From the NCBI GenBank assembly GCA_036630325.1, contig CP142732.1, positions 930,001 to 994,000 on the forward strand: a stretch of DNA of 64,000 nt, written 5' to 3'. Position numbers and translations under genes: made by a program. Positions 22,241 through 34,123 of the stretch are shown here, one piece after another; position 1 is the first letter of the stretch, and every line of letters starts with the position of its first letter. The notes below the pieces were generated by a model that worked only from the letters and a program-made list of their open reading frames with translations, made no database searches and was not told where the DNA came from. Origin of the DNA: Vairimorpha necatrix. Taxonomy: Eukaryota.

Positions 22241-24178
22241 ATGGATAAAATAAAAATTAAACCTTTGGGCGCAGGATGCGAAGTTGGAAGATCTTGCATT
22301 TTAGTTTCTTACAACAATAAAAATATTCTTTTAGATTGCGGGGTACACTCTGCCCATACAGGAATTGCGTCTCTGCCCTTCTTAGATTTAGTTGATCTCA
22401 GTACCATAGACGCGTGTTTTATCACACATTTCCATTTAGACCACGCCGCCGGTCTTCCCTACCTAACAGAAAAAACGAATTTTAAAGGGAAAGTGTTCAT
22501 GACACACCCAACTAAGGCGATTTTACGCTGGATGCTCAACGACTACGTGAGAATTATAAATGCAAGTTCAGATGTAGATTTTTATACAGAAAAAGATTTA
22601 ATAAATTGTTATAATAAAATTATACCTATAGATTACCATCAAGAAATTAATATTGAAGGTATAAAAATCATTGGCTTAAATGCTGGCCATGTTTTAGGCG
22701 CGGCGATGTTTTTATTAAAAATCGAAGAATCTGTTTTACTTTATACTGGTGATTATAGTAGAGAAGAAGACAGACATTTAAAAGCGGCAGAAAGTCCTAA
22801 TTGTAAAGTACATGGGCTTATTACTGAAAGTACTTATGGGGTACAGTGTCATTTGTCTAGAGACGAAAGAGAAAGTAGATTCACTGGTACTATTACTAAA
22901 ATAGTAACGAGAGGCGGTCGATGTCTCTTGCCAGTGTTCGCACTTGGGCGCGCCCAAGAATTACTTTTAATTTTAGATGAGCACTGGGCTAATAACCCGC
23001 ATCTTCATAATATTCCGATTTATTACGCGTCTGCGCTCGCTAAAAAGTGTCTTGGTATTTACCAGACATATATAAATATGATGAATGATCGTATAAAAAA
23101 GATTTGTCTAATAAAAAATCCATTTGAATTTAAACATGTAAAAAATTTAAAAAGTATTGATTATTTTGAAGATAATAGTCCGTGTGTAATTATGGCCAGT
23201 CCTGGTATGTTGCAAAGTGGCTTGTCTCGTGAATTATTTGAGAAATGGTGTGGAGATCGACGAAATGGAGTCATAATTCCTGGGTATTCTGTAGATGGCA
23301 CATTAGCTAAAGAGATATTAAATGAGCCGAAAGAAGTCATGTCAATGAAAGGAAATGTTTTAAAGCTTAATATGTCGGTAGATTACATTTCTTTTAGTGC
23401 TCATGTCGATTTCGCTCAGAATGCTCAATTCATCGAGGAATGCCAACCTGACCACTTGTTTTTCGTTCACGGTGAAGCGAATGAAATGAATCGACTTAGG
23501 AATGTCATAGCGCAGAAAAATGAAAAGAATAATGTTCAGATGGAATTATACACTCTCAAGAATTGCGAAGAAGGATCTTTTGATGTAAAAAAGAAGACTG
23601 AGGCCAGTATGATCGGCGATGTAGAAGGCGAATTCGAAGGAGTTTTAGTTGAAAATCTTGGAGACATACAAATTTACAAGAAAAATGACTTGTCAGAGTT
23701 AAAACTTAAAGAAGTCGTTTTTGTTCAAAAACAAAAGATTCCTTACAATTGTACGCCGTTTTTAGTTAGACAAGTTTTATTTGATTCATTCGATGAAGTC
23801 GTAGAACAAGGCGATACATTGAAAATTAGAAATATTAATATAAGTATAAGAGACGATGACGTCATATTAGAATGGAAGAGTAATTATGTAGATGACGTCA
23901 TAGCTCTAAGTATAAATAATAAGATACAAAATATAACAAATAATGTTAAAAATATTAAGATGAATAAAAAGTCAAAGAAAGATATTTTAGTTGATTTCTT
24001 AAAATCTTCATATTTTGTCGAAGAACAAGAAGGAAGAATCAAAGTGTCTTCTATAAACGAAGAATTATTTATAAATTTAAGCGACCTTACAATAATAAAT
24101 AAACAAGAAGAGAGTAAATTACATGAAGGAGTAAGTCGAATAATTAGTAAGATCGAGAATATATTTAAAAAGGCTTAA
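22241..24178 (+). CDS. YSH1: Cleavage and polyadenylation endonuclease CPSF73/Ysh1
   Basis: LGAGCEVGRS, THFHLDHAA, AGHVLGAAM, TGDYS, beta-CASP PVFALGRAQEL and SFSAHVD. Confidence 0.96.
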   Translation: MDKIKIKPLGAGCEVGRSCILVSYNNKNILLDCGVHSAHTGIASLPFLDLVDLSTIDACFITHFHLDHAAGLPYLTEKTNFKGKVFMTHPTKAILRWMLNDYVRIINASSDVDFYTEKDLINCYNKIIPIDYHQEINIEGIKIIGLNAGHVLGAAMFLLKIEESVLLYTGDYSREEDRHLKAAESPNCKVHGLITESTYGVQCHLSRDERESRFTGTITKIVTRGGRCLLPVFALGRAQELLLILDEHWANNPHLHNIPIYYASALAKKCLGIYQTYINMMNDRIKKICLIKNPFEFKHVKNLKSIDYFEDNSPCVIMASPGMLQSGLSRELFEKWCGDRRNGVIIPGYSVDGTLAKEILNEPKEVMSMKGNVLKLNMSVDYISFSAHVDFAQNAQFIEECQPDHLFFVHGEANEMNRLRNVIAQKNEKNNVQMELYTLKNCEEGSFDVKKKTEASMIGDVEGEFEGVLVENLGDIQIYKKNDLSELKLKEVVFVQKQKIPYNCTPFLVRQVLFDSFDEVVEQGDTLKIRNINISIRDDDVILEWKSNYVDDVIALSINNKIQNITNNVKNIKMNKKSKKDILVDFLKSSYFVEEQEGRIKVSSINEELFINLSDLTIINKQEESKLHEGVSRIISKIENIFKKA

Positions 24179-24209
24179 TTATAAATTTGTAAATATTTTT
24201 TTATACATT

Positions 24210-24755
24210 TTAATATTTATTTTTATAATATCTGTCTGCTTGTATGAAAGGGTTGTTACTTAGACAAGGAATTATGTCTTCTTCAATTCTCATGTGAATA
24301 ATATTTCTCTCCTCGTTTTGATCGTCATTTTCTTTTTCCATTGAGTTCTTATTTTTCTTATAATAATATTCAAATTTATTTTTAGGGTTGAGTTCCCGTT
24401 TCTCGATTTTATTGCACCATTCCAGTAAACCTGAAAAGGAGTAAGTTCTTTCTTCTTTCTCAGTTAATTTTTCCTCTTTTTTAACGGGTGTGTTATTAAA
24501 TAAAACTTTAGTACCAAATATTTCTTCAATGGGCATTTCTTTCCTTTTATTATTTGTTTCTGCCTTTTTATTTTCGGGTTGGGTTTGTGTTATTTCTAGA
24601 TTAATAGATTTATTTTCAAGTTCGTCATCTTTGACATTATTTTTTGTCGTTTCCAATCTTAAATTGTTAATTTCTTCCTTGTTAAAATTAATAAATTGTG
24701 TTTTACTTCTTGTTGACCTCCTGGTAAATTTTCTGATTTGTTTATCGTCTTGCAT
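24210..24755 (-). CDS. Hypothetical charged protein
   Basis: 181-aa ORF with CCCC motif before the ATG and coding-like composition. Confidence 0.7.
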   Translation of the reverse strand: MQDDKQIRKFTRRSTRSKTQFINFNKEEINNLRLETTKNNVKDDELENKSINLEITQTQPENKKAETNNKRKEMPIEEIFGTKVLFNNTPVKKEEKLTEKEERTYSFSGLLEWCNKIEKRELNPKNKFEYYYKKNKNSMEKENDDQNEERNIIHMRIEEDIIPCLSNNPFIQADRYYKNKY

Positions 24756-24867
24756 TTTCGGGGTGCAAAAAAAATTTATAAAATTAATTTTTAAATATTT
24801 TTTATTATTAATTTATGTTTTTTTAACTAAAACATTTACATTTTTTTCAAGTAACAATCTTCATTTA

Positions 24868-25030
24868 TTTTTTTATACATTTTGTTGAAATTTATTTATA
24901 TTTTGTTTTTTGTATTTTTACTTAACTAATCTATTCTGTTTTTTATTTTTTTATATATTTTGTTGAAATTTATTTATATTTTGTTTTTTGTATTTTTACT
25001 TAACTAATCTTTTCTGTTTTTTATTTTTTT
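24868..25030. repeat. ~78-bp tandem duplication
   Basis: GTTGAAATTTATTTATATTTTGTTTTTTGTATTTTTACTTAACTAATCT at 24884 and 24962. Confidence 0.85.
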
Positions 25031-25055
25031 ACATTTGACTAACCTATTTTGATTT

Positions 25056-26423
25056 TTATTTTTCTATTTTTTTTAATTTCAAATTAAACATGTGTTTTTC
25101 TAAGATGAAAATGTCCTTCATATTTTTATTTGGACATTTCTTAAACATGTTTATTATCATTTTCTCTAATGTTTCTATCCTGTCTTCATACAATTTTATC
25201 TTTTTATTTTCTAGTTCTTTAAATGGCTTAACATCTTCAACAATAAAATTTTCTTTTATTTCTTGTTTTTTAATAATAAATTCTTTCATTTCTTCCATGT
25301 TCATTCTCTCTGATATTTTTGGTTGATGTTTCATTTCTTGTTTCTCAATATTAATGTCTTGTTTTTGTTTCATTTTTTGTTTCTCATTTTTTTCAATATT
25401 ATTAGAATTTGCCTTTATTTTTTCTTTAAGATCTTTCACCTCTGGCTTTTCCACATCATTAGAGTCATTGTCTTCTATTTTATCTGCAATTTTGATCTCT
25501 TCCGGTATTTTTATTTCTTGTTTTGTTACGATTTTCTTAAGATCTAAATTTGATAATCTCGCTCCAAAATTTAATGTAGATATTGTCTCCTCAATACAAT
25601 CATCACTCGGCGATATAGCGCACAGTGCTACAATATTCGTATTTCCATCTAAAGAATTCTGTAATAATCTCGTAAGCTTCGAATCTCTAAATCCCAAATA
25701 TTTATTATTTTTTAAATTATTCACTACCGTACACAGTGCCAATAAGCTTTTATTTATAAACGCGCCTTCTGCTCTTCTATTAACATTTAATGATGCCTTC
25801 TCTGATCCAGCTAGATCTATTAAGTTAATTATTATTTCTATATCGTCTTTCTTATACTTGATCTGGAATATTGTGTGTGACCTACTACTTCTATTATTGT
25901 ATTCTGTACTTCCATATCGCCTATTTACTTCGCATTTGTCTATAAACTCTTTAGCATCTTTCATATCTTTGATATTTGTCAAAGTTAGATCATTTATAAC
26001 TGTTTTGTTATTAACATTATATATTTTAAGTTCTTTGCCTGTTGATAGATCAAATATTTTCTCGTTATATATTTCTATATAAGACACTTGTAATAAATAG
26101 TCTAATAATAAATCTTGTAAAGATAATAAAATCATACCATTGGATTTGTCGCCCAACATCGTGTAGGTCTTGCCACTTCCTGTTTGGCCATAGGCGAAAA
26201 TAGTGCAGTTTGAATCGCTTTTGATTTTTTGTTTTATACATTTTTTATAGACTTCGTAGTTGTTTTCTTTATATAAAATGTTTATAAAGTTGTCATATAA
26301 TATCTCTTTATCTTCGTATAGTCTAATTAGTCTATTTTGAGTGTGTTTCCAGACTCTGTTAGTTTTCATGGGATTAATACGTATATGGACTTCTATTTTG
26401 TCAGACATGTAGATGAAGTGCAT
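25056..26423 (-). CDS. Kinesin motor protein (possibly kinesin-7/CENP-E-like)
   Basis: FAYGQTGSGKT, SYIEIYNE, SSRSH, LIDLAGSE, FRDSKLTRLL and a C-terminal coiled coil. Confidence 0.93.
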   Translation of the reverse strand: MHFIYMSDKIEVHIRINPMKTNRVWKHTQNRLIRLYEDKEILYDNFINILYKENNYEVYKKCIKQKIKSDSNCTIFAYGQTGSGKTYTMLGDKSNGMILLSLQDLLLDYLLQVSYIEIYNEKIFDLSTGKELKIYNVNNKTVINDLTLTNIKDMKDAKEFIDKCEVNRRYGSTEYNNRSSRSHTIFQIKYKKDDIEIIINLIDLAGSEKASLNVNRRAEGAFINKSLLALCTVVNNLKNNKYLGFRDSKLTRLLQNSLDGNTNIVALCAISPSDDCIEETISTLNFGARLSNLDLKKIVTKQEIKIPEEIKIADKIEDNDSNDVEKPEVKDLKEKIKANSNNIEKNEKQKMKQKQDINIEKQEMKHQPKISERMNMEEMKEFIIKKQEIKENFIVEDVKPFKELENKKIKLYEDRIETLEKMIINMFKKCPNKNMKDIFILEKHMFNLKLKKIEK

Positions 26424-27564
26424 CTTGAATTTATTTGATGCCTAAATATGAAACTAATATGAAATGTGTTTCATATGTGATTGTATAATTTAGATACAGG
26501 TGAAACGACATATTACAGAAAATTAGATTTTAATATTTTAAAATATCTATCTTTTAAAAAAAAATTATAGTAATAATTTACTAGATGTTATTAGAATGCA
26601 TATTCTGAGCGTCGTCCATAAGAATATTTTTACAGGTGTTGATAGTATATATTGTTTACCTAATAAGCTCTATAATAAAATGATATTTTGGCCTACAGGA
26701 TTTCTACTTTAGCATTTGTATTCCAGACCAGTGAATTACAGCTAGCCCCTTTCGGCGCCTGCCTTTTCCTTGAAGTATGCTAGTTGTCATTTTAGATAAA
26801 CTCTAAAGTACTTTCCAGCACAAAAAACTGAATATACGCCTCAAGGAAGAGTTAAGTTTCTCTACAATATTTACTATATTTTTAGCCAAATTATATCTCC
26901 TAACGAATATTCCTGTACAAATTTTGTGTTTTAATTGCAAGAATAGAAGGGGTTCTTTAGCTTTTCTTTTTCAAACATAGTAAGTCGATCCTGGTTGGTT
27001 AGTCCAACTTTTTTATAGATATTTCACCTTTATTCTGCTCTTTTTGCAATAAAGATTTATATTTTATCTTGAAAAGTACCATGTTTTTTTTCCTATATAA
27101 TTGTTACTCCAATATAAAATATCTTTCAGGTGTCTAAAAAACATGGATCTGCAATTCGCTCAGTAATAATCTATAATTGATCATCAAGAAGTCTAAAAGC
27201 GGCATTCCGATTTAGAAAGTATTTGTAGATTCTATTTGAAGACAATATAATACTTTATATCTAAAATTCAATGTACTTTGTTCTTTTATGGGGTATAAAA
27301 ACTTCCTTATATAAAAAAGTCCCATAATAATTACAAATCTTACCTGATGCATTATTAAATTTATAACTATGGAAATATTCTGGCTTAAGCAAGCATATCC
27401 TTTTTTTTGATTATGTCGATAATAGGCACATTCCGAAGTTAAACTTGTCTATTTTTTGTGCTTATATTGCCTAGTATCATAGAATATGTCATTTCCTTAA
27501 ATGCTAAATTTTAATATTTTGTTTTCTTTATGCTGTTTATTTTTTTCTTTTTTTATAATCCAAA

Positions 27565-28431
27565 ATGTTTGATGTTCAAACCAAAAGGAATCAGAAAAAT
27601 GAATTACTAAAAAGAAAGAGAGTTTTAGAAGATTTAATCAGACAATTAGTAAAAGACAATATCAATAAAGTTAAACAAATAATTTCCACTTATAAAGATA
27701 CAAATATTTCTATACCTCATGATTTCCCTGATTCTGTTATAATCAACAGACTTGATTCTTGGATTTTGCAGCTTAAAAATTTAAGAAACAAACAAATTCT
27801 AAATGAAATTTACACCAAACAAGATGAAGATTATAATGAACACATTACAATCTACAAATTACTAAAAGATACAATTTTATCTCCAGTTAGTTGTAAGAAT
27901 GATGTTATTATTAAGACTTGTAGTATTAATTTACTAAATGGGAATATAAAATATTCCCATTTGGATTCTTGTTCTGAGTTCGTCTCTCCTGTAAAATGCC
28001 CCGATTTTCCAAATATTAATAATTTATTTGATAAACCTTTTATTCTTAAAATCAAGGAGAAAGAATATTTTCGTAATTTGTTTAAGATTAAAGTAGAAGG
28101 AGTAATTTCCTTGTTTTCTAGTCTCGAAGAATTTAGTGAAGACGAATTGGTTTGCATTTTTAGCGAAAGAAACAAATTGTCAAATCATGCGCATAATTTT
28201 ATAAATTTGGATGAATTGACAAATTTAGAAATGCATGAGTATTTGGAAAAAGAAGTTTTAAATTACAGAAATTTTTTGTTTTCTAAGAATTACACAGTTA
28301 AAAAGAAGGCCGTTCTTATTAATTTGTTAATTTTAGGAATTCCTTATTTTATTGGGAAATTTGATCTTTCATATTTTCAAGATACTGATGAATTTTATGA
28401 TGTTTATTGGATCAATGAACAATGTAAATAA
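27565..28431 (+). CDS. Hypothetical protein
   Basis: 288-aa ORF; no family recognised. Confidence 0.75.
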   Translation: MFDVQTKRNQKNELLKRKRVLEDLIRQLVKDNINKVKQIISTYKDTNISIPHDFPDSVIINRLDSWILQLKNLRNKQILNEIYTKQDEDYNEHITIYKLLKDTILSPVSCKNDVIIKTCSINLLNGNIKYSHLDSCSEFVSPVKCPDFPNINNLFDKPFILKIKEKEYFRNLFKIKVEGVISLFSSLEEFSEDELVCIFSERNKLSNHAHNFINLDELTNLEMHEYLEKEVLNYRNFLFSKNYTVKKKAVLINLLILGIPYFIGKFDLSYFQDTDEFYDVYWINEQCK

Positions 28432-28500
28432 AACTTTTTCTTGCACTTTTAAGTTTTAATTTTATTTCTTAATTTTTGTTTATTTTTTTTGTCCCTAAAA

Positions 28501-30066
28501 ATGTCTTCCATTTTAAACTGCATAAATGAAGTCGCTCTGCTCGTCAACAAAAAAGAAGACGAAGTGACATGGTCAAAAATAGACAAGATCTTCTCAATCT
28601 TGAAAGACGATCTTTCTACTAAGGAAGATTGTAAAATCTTCCTTAATAAATCCATGGATTTACTTTTAAGATCAATTTTATCTGAAAGGTCTAAATTGTC
28701 TGGGACTTCTCTAAATCTTCTTAAAAAGATTTTTGATATTCTAAAAGAAGAAGTAGGAAATATTCAGAATATTTTGTCAATATTATTTAGACTAAGTGGT
28801 AGAAGTAACAAGATAGTTTACAGTAGAGCACATGATGCTATACAACATATTAGTGAATATATTAATTTATCAGAGTATTATAAAGTACTTACAGAATATT
28901 ATGAATCAAATAATAAAAACATAAGACTAGGAGTAATAAAAGCCATAGAAAAAGATCAAAGCAAAGAAGAGAGACCAGATAAAAATAAAAACATTTTACA
29001 AATTGAGAAAATTATAGAAAAAGGGAAAAATGACCTCTTTTTAGAAATAAGAAATATTTGTAAAAATATGAAAAAAGAAACAGAAATTTCAAAAAATCCC
29101 ATAGAAAATATACAAGAAATAATTAAGTCGCCAATTAGACACTCTCCATTTAAAAAGATACCAAAAATGGAAGAAAGCCCAAGTTATAATAAAATTATAG
29201 AATTAGGAAGACAAGTAAAGACGATCACGAAAGAGAAAAAAATAGAGAAAAAAGTCAAACCAATAATTTTCAAATCAGAGGTGAAATTTATAAAAAAGAA
29301 GAAAGAAATTCAAGACGAATTGACTCCTAAGAAATTAGACAAATATTTGAATAAATATAGAAACCTGTATGGGAATATTTTAGAAGAGAAAGAAGAAGAA
29401 ATAGAGATGAGTGATTTAAGTAAAGAAATAGAGAACTTGTCACTTGTAGAAGAAAATAAATTAGAAGAATTAAATTATGAGTACACAATAATGAACTCAG
29501 ACAAGACCAAAACCAAACTAGAAGAAGACCTGAAAATAGAAGATATAGAGAATGAGATAGTAGAAGAAGAAATAGATAGAGATGTACTTGAGATAGTAGA
29601 AGATGAAATAGAGAGAGATGTACTTGAGGCAGTAGAAGAAGAGAAGGTAGACAAACATGCGATGAACGAGCATGAGGCAGTAGAAAATGGGATGAAAGAG
29701 CACGAGGCAGAAATACAAATCCAAGAAAAAGAAATAAAAGTAAAGAAATCAGAAATAAATCAAAATAGATTCTCGTCTCTTCTATTTGCCGACAAAGACG
29801 AATGTGTAATTTACGACATAAATGTAGAAAGCCCAATATTTAAAAAAGAAGAAAGTAAAAATCAAGAACCCCCTACGGAAAAAAATGAATTAAAAGACTC
29901 AGTAGATTCTACGCCTAAAAACTGCCCAAATTCAACCCTAAAAACTGTAGTAAATACGGCAGTAAGCTCGTCATTTTTATATTCAAATGAAAATTCAGTA
30001 GATTATACGAAAATTGACTCTGTAATTGAAGTAGATAAAAATTTATTTAATATGAAAAAAAATTAA
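28501..30066 (+). CDS. CLASP/Stu1-like microtubule-associated protein (CLASP_N/TOG)
   Basis: KEDEVTWSKID...SILSERSKLSGTS...LFRLSGRSNKIVYSRA followed by an acidic tail. ATG follows CCCTAAA. Confidence 0.7.
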   Translation: MSSILNCINEVALLVNKKEDEVTWSKIDKIFSILKDDLSTKEDCKIFLNKSMDLLLRSILSERSKLSGTSLNLLKKIFDILKEEVGNIQNILSILFRLSGRSNKIVYSRAHDAIQHISEYINLSEYYKVLTEYYESNNKNIRLGVIKAIEKDQSKEERPDKNKNILQIEKIIEKGKNDLFLEIRNICKNMKKETEISKNPIENIQEIIKSPIRHSPFKKIPKMEESPSYNKIIELGRQVKTITKEKKIEKKVKPIIFKSEVKFIKKKKEIQDELTPKKLDKYLNKYRNLYGNILEEKEEEIEMSDLSKEIENLSLVEENKLEELNYEYTIMNSDKTKTKLEEDLKIEDIENEIVEEEIDRDVLEIVEDEIERDVLEAVEEEKVDKHAMNEHEAVENGMKEHEAEIQIQEKEIKVKKSEINQNRFSSLLFADKDECVIYDINVESPIFKKEESKNQEPPTEKNELKDSVDSTPKNCPNSTLKTVVNTAVSSSFLYSNENSVDYTKIDSVIEVDKNLFNMKKN

Positions 30067-30270
30067 AAAAAAAAATTTAAAGAAAATCTTAAATAAAAAT
30101 TTTATAAGTAAATTTATTAAATATTTGCGGATTGAGTTATATTTGAAAATATTTTAATACTCAAAAAATTTTGAACGAGCGAAACAACATTTAAAAAGAA
30201 ATTATTAAATGTAACTCATTCAAAAAAAAACAATAAAATTTTTAATATTTTTTTTTCTAATTTGTCCCCT

Positions 30271-31650
30271 ATGTCAAAACTCCTTTTTTCAGAAACTTCT
30301 TTAAATTCAAAACTTAAAGAAATCTTAGAAAAAAACAACTTTCTTACTCTAACTAACGTACAAGAAAAAACACTGCCACTAATGCTAAATAATAAAGACA
30401 TAGTAGTACAATCACAAACAGGATCTGGTAAAACTCTGAGCTTTGTCTTACCAATACTCCACAATTATCTAAAAAACCAAACATTCTATAAAAATCATCC
30501 TGTCTGTTTAGTTATCGTACCAACCAGAGAACTCGCTTTACAAATAGAAGAAGTTTTTAAAATGTTCGAAATAAAAACTAGATCATTTATAGGAGGATAT
30601 GAAATAGAAGAAGACTTAAAAGATATAAACAATGACTATAAAATCATTGTAGGAACGCCTGGGAGATTATTGGAAATTATAAAAAAAAATTCTAAAATTT
30701 TTTCAAAAATATCAAATTTAATACTTGATGAAGCTGATAGACTTATAAATCTAGGATTTAAAGAGAAAGTACTTGATATCGTCTCATTATTACCAAAATC
30801 GAAAAGTTGTAGCTTCTTTTCTGCGACTATAAACGAAGATATAAAAAATTTATCAAAATCAATACTAAAAAATCCTGTGTTTGTTGATAATGTAGGGAAC
30901 GAAATACCTGACAACTTACTTATAAGATATTTAAATCTTAAAAGTAACGAGAAACTGATTTATACTTTGGAATTGGTAACAAATAAAAAGAGTATTGTGT
31001 TTTTTGCAACTTGTAATCAAGTGGATTTTTTTTATGATTTTTTAATAAAATTTGGCAAAAAAAATATCTACAAAATTCATAGAAAAATGAAACAAGACGA
31101 TAGAAACAACGTCTATAAAAATTTTTATGACCAAGGTGAAGTGTTATTGTGCACTGATGTGGCAGCAAGAGGCATAGATTTTAAAAATATAAATTTAGTA
31201 ATACATTTTGATATACCAAGTGACTATAATAATATAATTCATAGAAGCGGGCGAACAGCGAGAAATGGTCTAAAAGGCGAGTCAATATTATTTGTCATGC
31301 CTAATGAGACGAGTTATTTAGATTATTTGAGTATAAAAAAATTAGAAATAAAAGAAATTCAATATAAAAATTCTTTACAAATAGAAGAATTGAAAAAGAT
31401 TATGGATGACGAATTGTATAAATTATCAGTTAAAGCGTTTGTGTCGTATTTTAGATCTTATAAAGAACATTCTTTGTCTTATATATTGGATTATACGACA
31501 TTAAATTATGATGAATTGGTAGATTTGTACATGTTGAAAAAAATACCAGGAATGACAGAATTAAGAAATGTGGAATTTAAGAACTTTCCTAGAGAGAAAC
31601 CTATTGAGGAAAAAAGACGAAAGTCAAAAAAGTCAAAAAAAAATAAATAA
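30271..31650 (+). CDS. SPB4: DEAD-box rRNA helicase Spb4/DDX55
   Basis: QTGSGKT, PTRELA, DEAD, SAT, HRSGRTAR and C-terminal KAFVSYFRSYKEH...KIPGMTEL. Confidence 0.88.
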   Translation: MSKLLFSETSLNSKLKEILEKNNFLTLTNVQEKTLPLMLNNKDIVVQSQTGSGKTLSFVLPILHNYLKNQTFYKNHPVCLVIVPTRELALQIEEVFKMFEIKTRSFIGGYEIEEDLKDINNDYKIIVGTPGRLLEIIKKNSKIFSKISNLILDEADRLINLGFKEKVLDIVSLLPKSKSCSFFSATINEDIKNLSKSILKNPVFVDNVGNEIPDNLLIRYLNLKSNEKLIYTLELVTNKKSIVFFATCNQVDFFYDFLIKFGKKNIYKIHRKMKQDDRNNVYKNFYDQGEVLLCTDVAARGIDFKNINLVIHFDIPSDYNNIIHRSGRTARNGLKGESILFVMPNETSYLDYLSIKKLEIKEIQYKNSLQIEELKKIMDDELYKLSVKAFVSYFRSYKEHSLSYILDYTTLNYDELVDLYMLKKIPGMTELRNVEFKNFPREKPIEEKRRKSKKSKKNK

Positions 31651-31860
31651 AAAATTTTAAGTTATTTTTTAGATTTTTATTTAAAAAATAACAAATGTAA
31701 TAAAAAAAAACAAATTTGAAATAAAAAATTTTAAGTTATTTTTTAGATTTTTATTTAAAAAATAACAAATGTAATAAAAAAAACAAATTTGATAAAAAAA
31801 TAACAAATTTGAAATAAAAAAAACAAATTTGAAATAAAAAAAACAAATTTGAAATAAAAA
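31650..31860. repeat. ~74-bp duplication plus ~20-bp AAACAAATTTGAAATAAAAA units between convergent genes
   Basis: Read directly from the sequence. Confidence 0.8.
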
Positions 31861-31888
31861 CTAGCAATTAAAATAATTATAATTTAAT

Positions 31889-34123
31889 TTATGAAATCCA
31901 ATCTTTATCAATTATTGTTATATTTTTCATATATAATTTCTTACTACCTTTTACCAAAAAATCAAATATCACATATTCCCCTTCTAAATCAATACTAGAT
32001 GTAGAAACATAAACAGGATTTTTCTTATGCCAATAACAAGCCTCATATGGAATAGCAATCCTATCAAAATAAACTCTATAAATAACTTTCCTTATTTCTG
32101 TCTTTATATCGTCAGTCAAAATATTTTTTTTCATATTTTCGATCCCAAATTTTTTATATAAAAATTTTTGAATTTTTACAACTTCACTGAAAGTAGTAAA
32201 ATTGATATTTAAATTTTTACAAAAATCTTTTTTGTTTTTGGATTTTTCAAAATCTCTAAAAATTTTTAAAATTACAATTAAATCACTTTTTTCGGACATA
32301 TAATACGATTTTGTTTCTTTGATACGATCAATTTCCAAATTAACAGACATAATACAAGATAAATCTATTAGTTCTGTAATTATATTAGATGTATTAGAAA
32401 TACAAAGCATTTTTGCTAGTCTTGGCGGTAGAGGTAGTTTATTAATATATTTGCCTACTTTAGTTAAGTTTAATTCGTCGTTTAATATTCCCAGTCTTTT
32501 TAATTCATTTACTGATTTTTTAATAATAGTTTCATTAGGTCGATTGACATATGGGAATTTGTAAACATCTTTTATACCAAGAGATACTAAATCGAGAATT
32601 ATTTCGTCTAGAGATTCGTACAATATTTTCGGAGTTTCTAGATCTTCAAATTTCTCGTAAGTTGGTCCACTGTAAAGCCTGTAACAAATGCCTGGTTTTG
32701 TACGGCCAGCTCTTCCTGCTCGTTGTAATGCGCTAGATTTCGAAATATATTCTATCGAATATTCGATAGTATTCATCATGCCGACAATCTTACGCTTGAC
32801 TAATCCAGAGTCTACTACGTAATAAATATCCGGAATTGTTATACTTGTCTCGGCTATATTAGTAGACAAAATAATTTTGTGTTGGTTGTAGTTTTTATAA
32901 ATAAGTGACTGGTCGTATTTTGACAACGACGAATGTAAAGGAAGAATGACGCAGTCATCAAATCTTTCTGTCAATTTATTTAGTAAAGAGTAAATATATT
33001 TTTTATCTGGTAGAAAACATAATATTGAGTCTCCTACTTGGCATTTGTTGCTTTTTAATATCTTAGAAATTCTGTTAAAAGCCAGTTGCACTGTGTCTGA
33101 AGAATCTTTTTCTTCATAAAAAATTTTTACCCGATGAGAATTAGAAGGAATTTCTAATACTGCGATTCTATCGAAAAAGTTGTTTAATTCGCTAACCATG
33201 GAAGTCGCACTCATTAAAACAAGTTTAAGTTCGTCATTTCGTTTTTTTCTAATTTTTACTATACGAGACAGTAGAGAAATTAAAATGTCCATGTTGGCAC
33301 TACGTTCGTGTATTTCATCAAGAATAATCACAGAATATTTTGACAATAAAAAGTCTCCTTGTATTTCTTTGAGTAAAATCCCATCTGTCATGATCTTTAT
33401 TTTAGTATTTTCATCTACAGTAGAATCGTATCTTATTTTGTACCCGCACTTTTTTTCGCCTAGTTCTTCATTTATTCTATTGCATATGCTTATAGTTGAA
33501 ATCCGCCTTGGCTGTGTCACGCCTATGTATCTTTTAAATCCGCCTTCGTAAAGAAATTGAGGAATTTGTGTCGTTTTACCACTACCAGTTTCTCCTTTGA
33601 CAGAAATTACAGTGTTATTTCTTATTTTAGAAATTATCTCTGTTTTCTCATAGTAAATAGGTAGAGTTTTACGGAATTCTTCATTTTCTTTTGGTCTGCG
33701 TAGACATTCAACATTTTCCCAATGTTGGTTTTCTCCCAAAAAATCATCAAGATCGTCGATATTTGCCTCGTCTTCTTCTGAGATACTTTCTTGATATTTT
33801 TTTATATTTAGTTCTGGATCTTGTTCTTCGTCTGTTTCTATATCAATTGGTAGAATGCTATTGTTTTCTATAACATGATTATCTTTAATTTCTTCTGTGG
33901 TATTTTCTTGTGTGACCATTTCTAGTGTCACCTCTTCGTTATTTTCCTCACTTTTGTTATTGTCTTCACTTTTGTTACTTTCTTCCACTATCATTGAGTT
34001 TTTAATGTTCTTTTGTCTTTTTTCTTCAATTTCTGCTATTTGTGCCAAAATATCATCTCTTTTTCTTTGTTTTCTTTTTTTTTCTAAATATTTGTTAAGT
34101 AACTTCTCTTTCTTTTTAGACAT
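31889..34123 (-). CDS. DHR1: DEAH-box RNA helicase Dhr1/DHX37
   Basis: GETGSGKTTQIPQFLYE, DEIH, SAT and QRAGRAGR; the N-terminal KKKEKLLNKYLEKK...L is typical of Dhr1. Confidence 0.8.
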   Translation of the reverse strand: MSKKKEKLLNKYLEKKRKQRKRDDILAQIAEIEEKRQKNIKNSMIVEESNKSEDNNKSEENNEEVTLEMVTQENTTEEIKDNHVIENNSILPIDIETDEEQDPELNIKKYQESISEEDEANIDDLDDFLGENQHWENVECLRRPKENEEFRKTLPIYYEKTEIISKIRNNTVISVKGETGSGKTTQIPQFLYEGGFKRYIGVTQPRRISTISICNRINEELGEKKCGYKIRYDSTVDENTKIKIMTDGILLKEIQGDFLLSKYSVIILDEIHERSANMDILISLLSRIVKIRKKRNDELKLVLMSATSMVSELNNFFDRIAVLEIPSNSHRVKIFYEEKDSSDTVQLAFNRISKILKSNKCQVGDSILCFLPDKKYIYSLLNKLTERFDDCVILPLHSSLSKYDQSLIYKNYNQHKIILSTNIAETSITIPDIYYVVDSGLVKRKIVGMMNTIEYSIEYISKSSALQRAGRAGRTKPGICYRLYSGPTYEKFEDLETPKILYESLDEIILDLVSLGIKDVYKFPYVNRPNETIIKKSVNELKRLGILNDELNLTKVGKYINKLPLPPRLAKMLCISNTSNIITELIDLSCIMSVNLEIDRIKETKSYYMSEKSDLIVILKIFRDFEKSKNKKDFCKNLNINFTTFSEVVKIQKFLYKKFGIENMKKNILTDDIKTEIRKVIYRVYFDRIAIPYEACYWHKKNPVYVSTSSIDLEGEYVIFDFLVKGSKKLYMKNITIIDKDWIS

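Noticed and set aside
26500-27300. Possible decayed minus-strand gene between kinesin and the 27565 ORF
   Set aside because: Coding-like stretches are present but have many stops and no recognisable motif.
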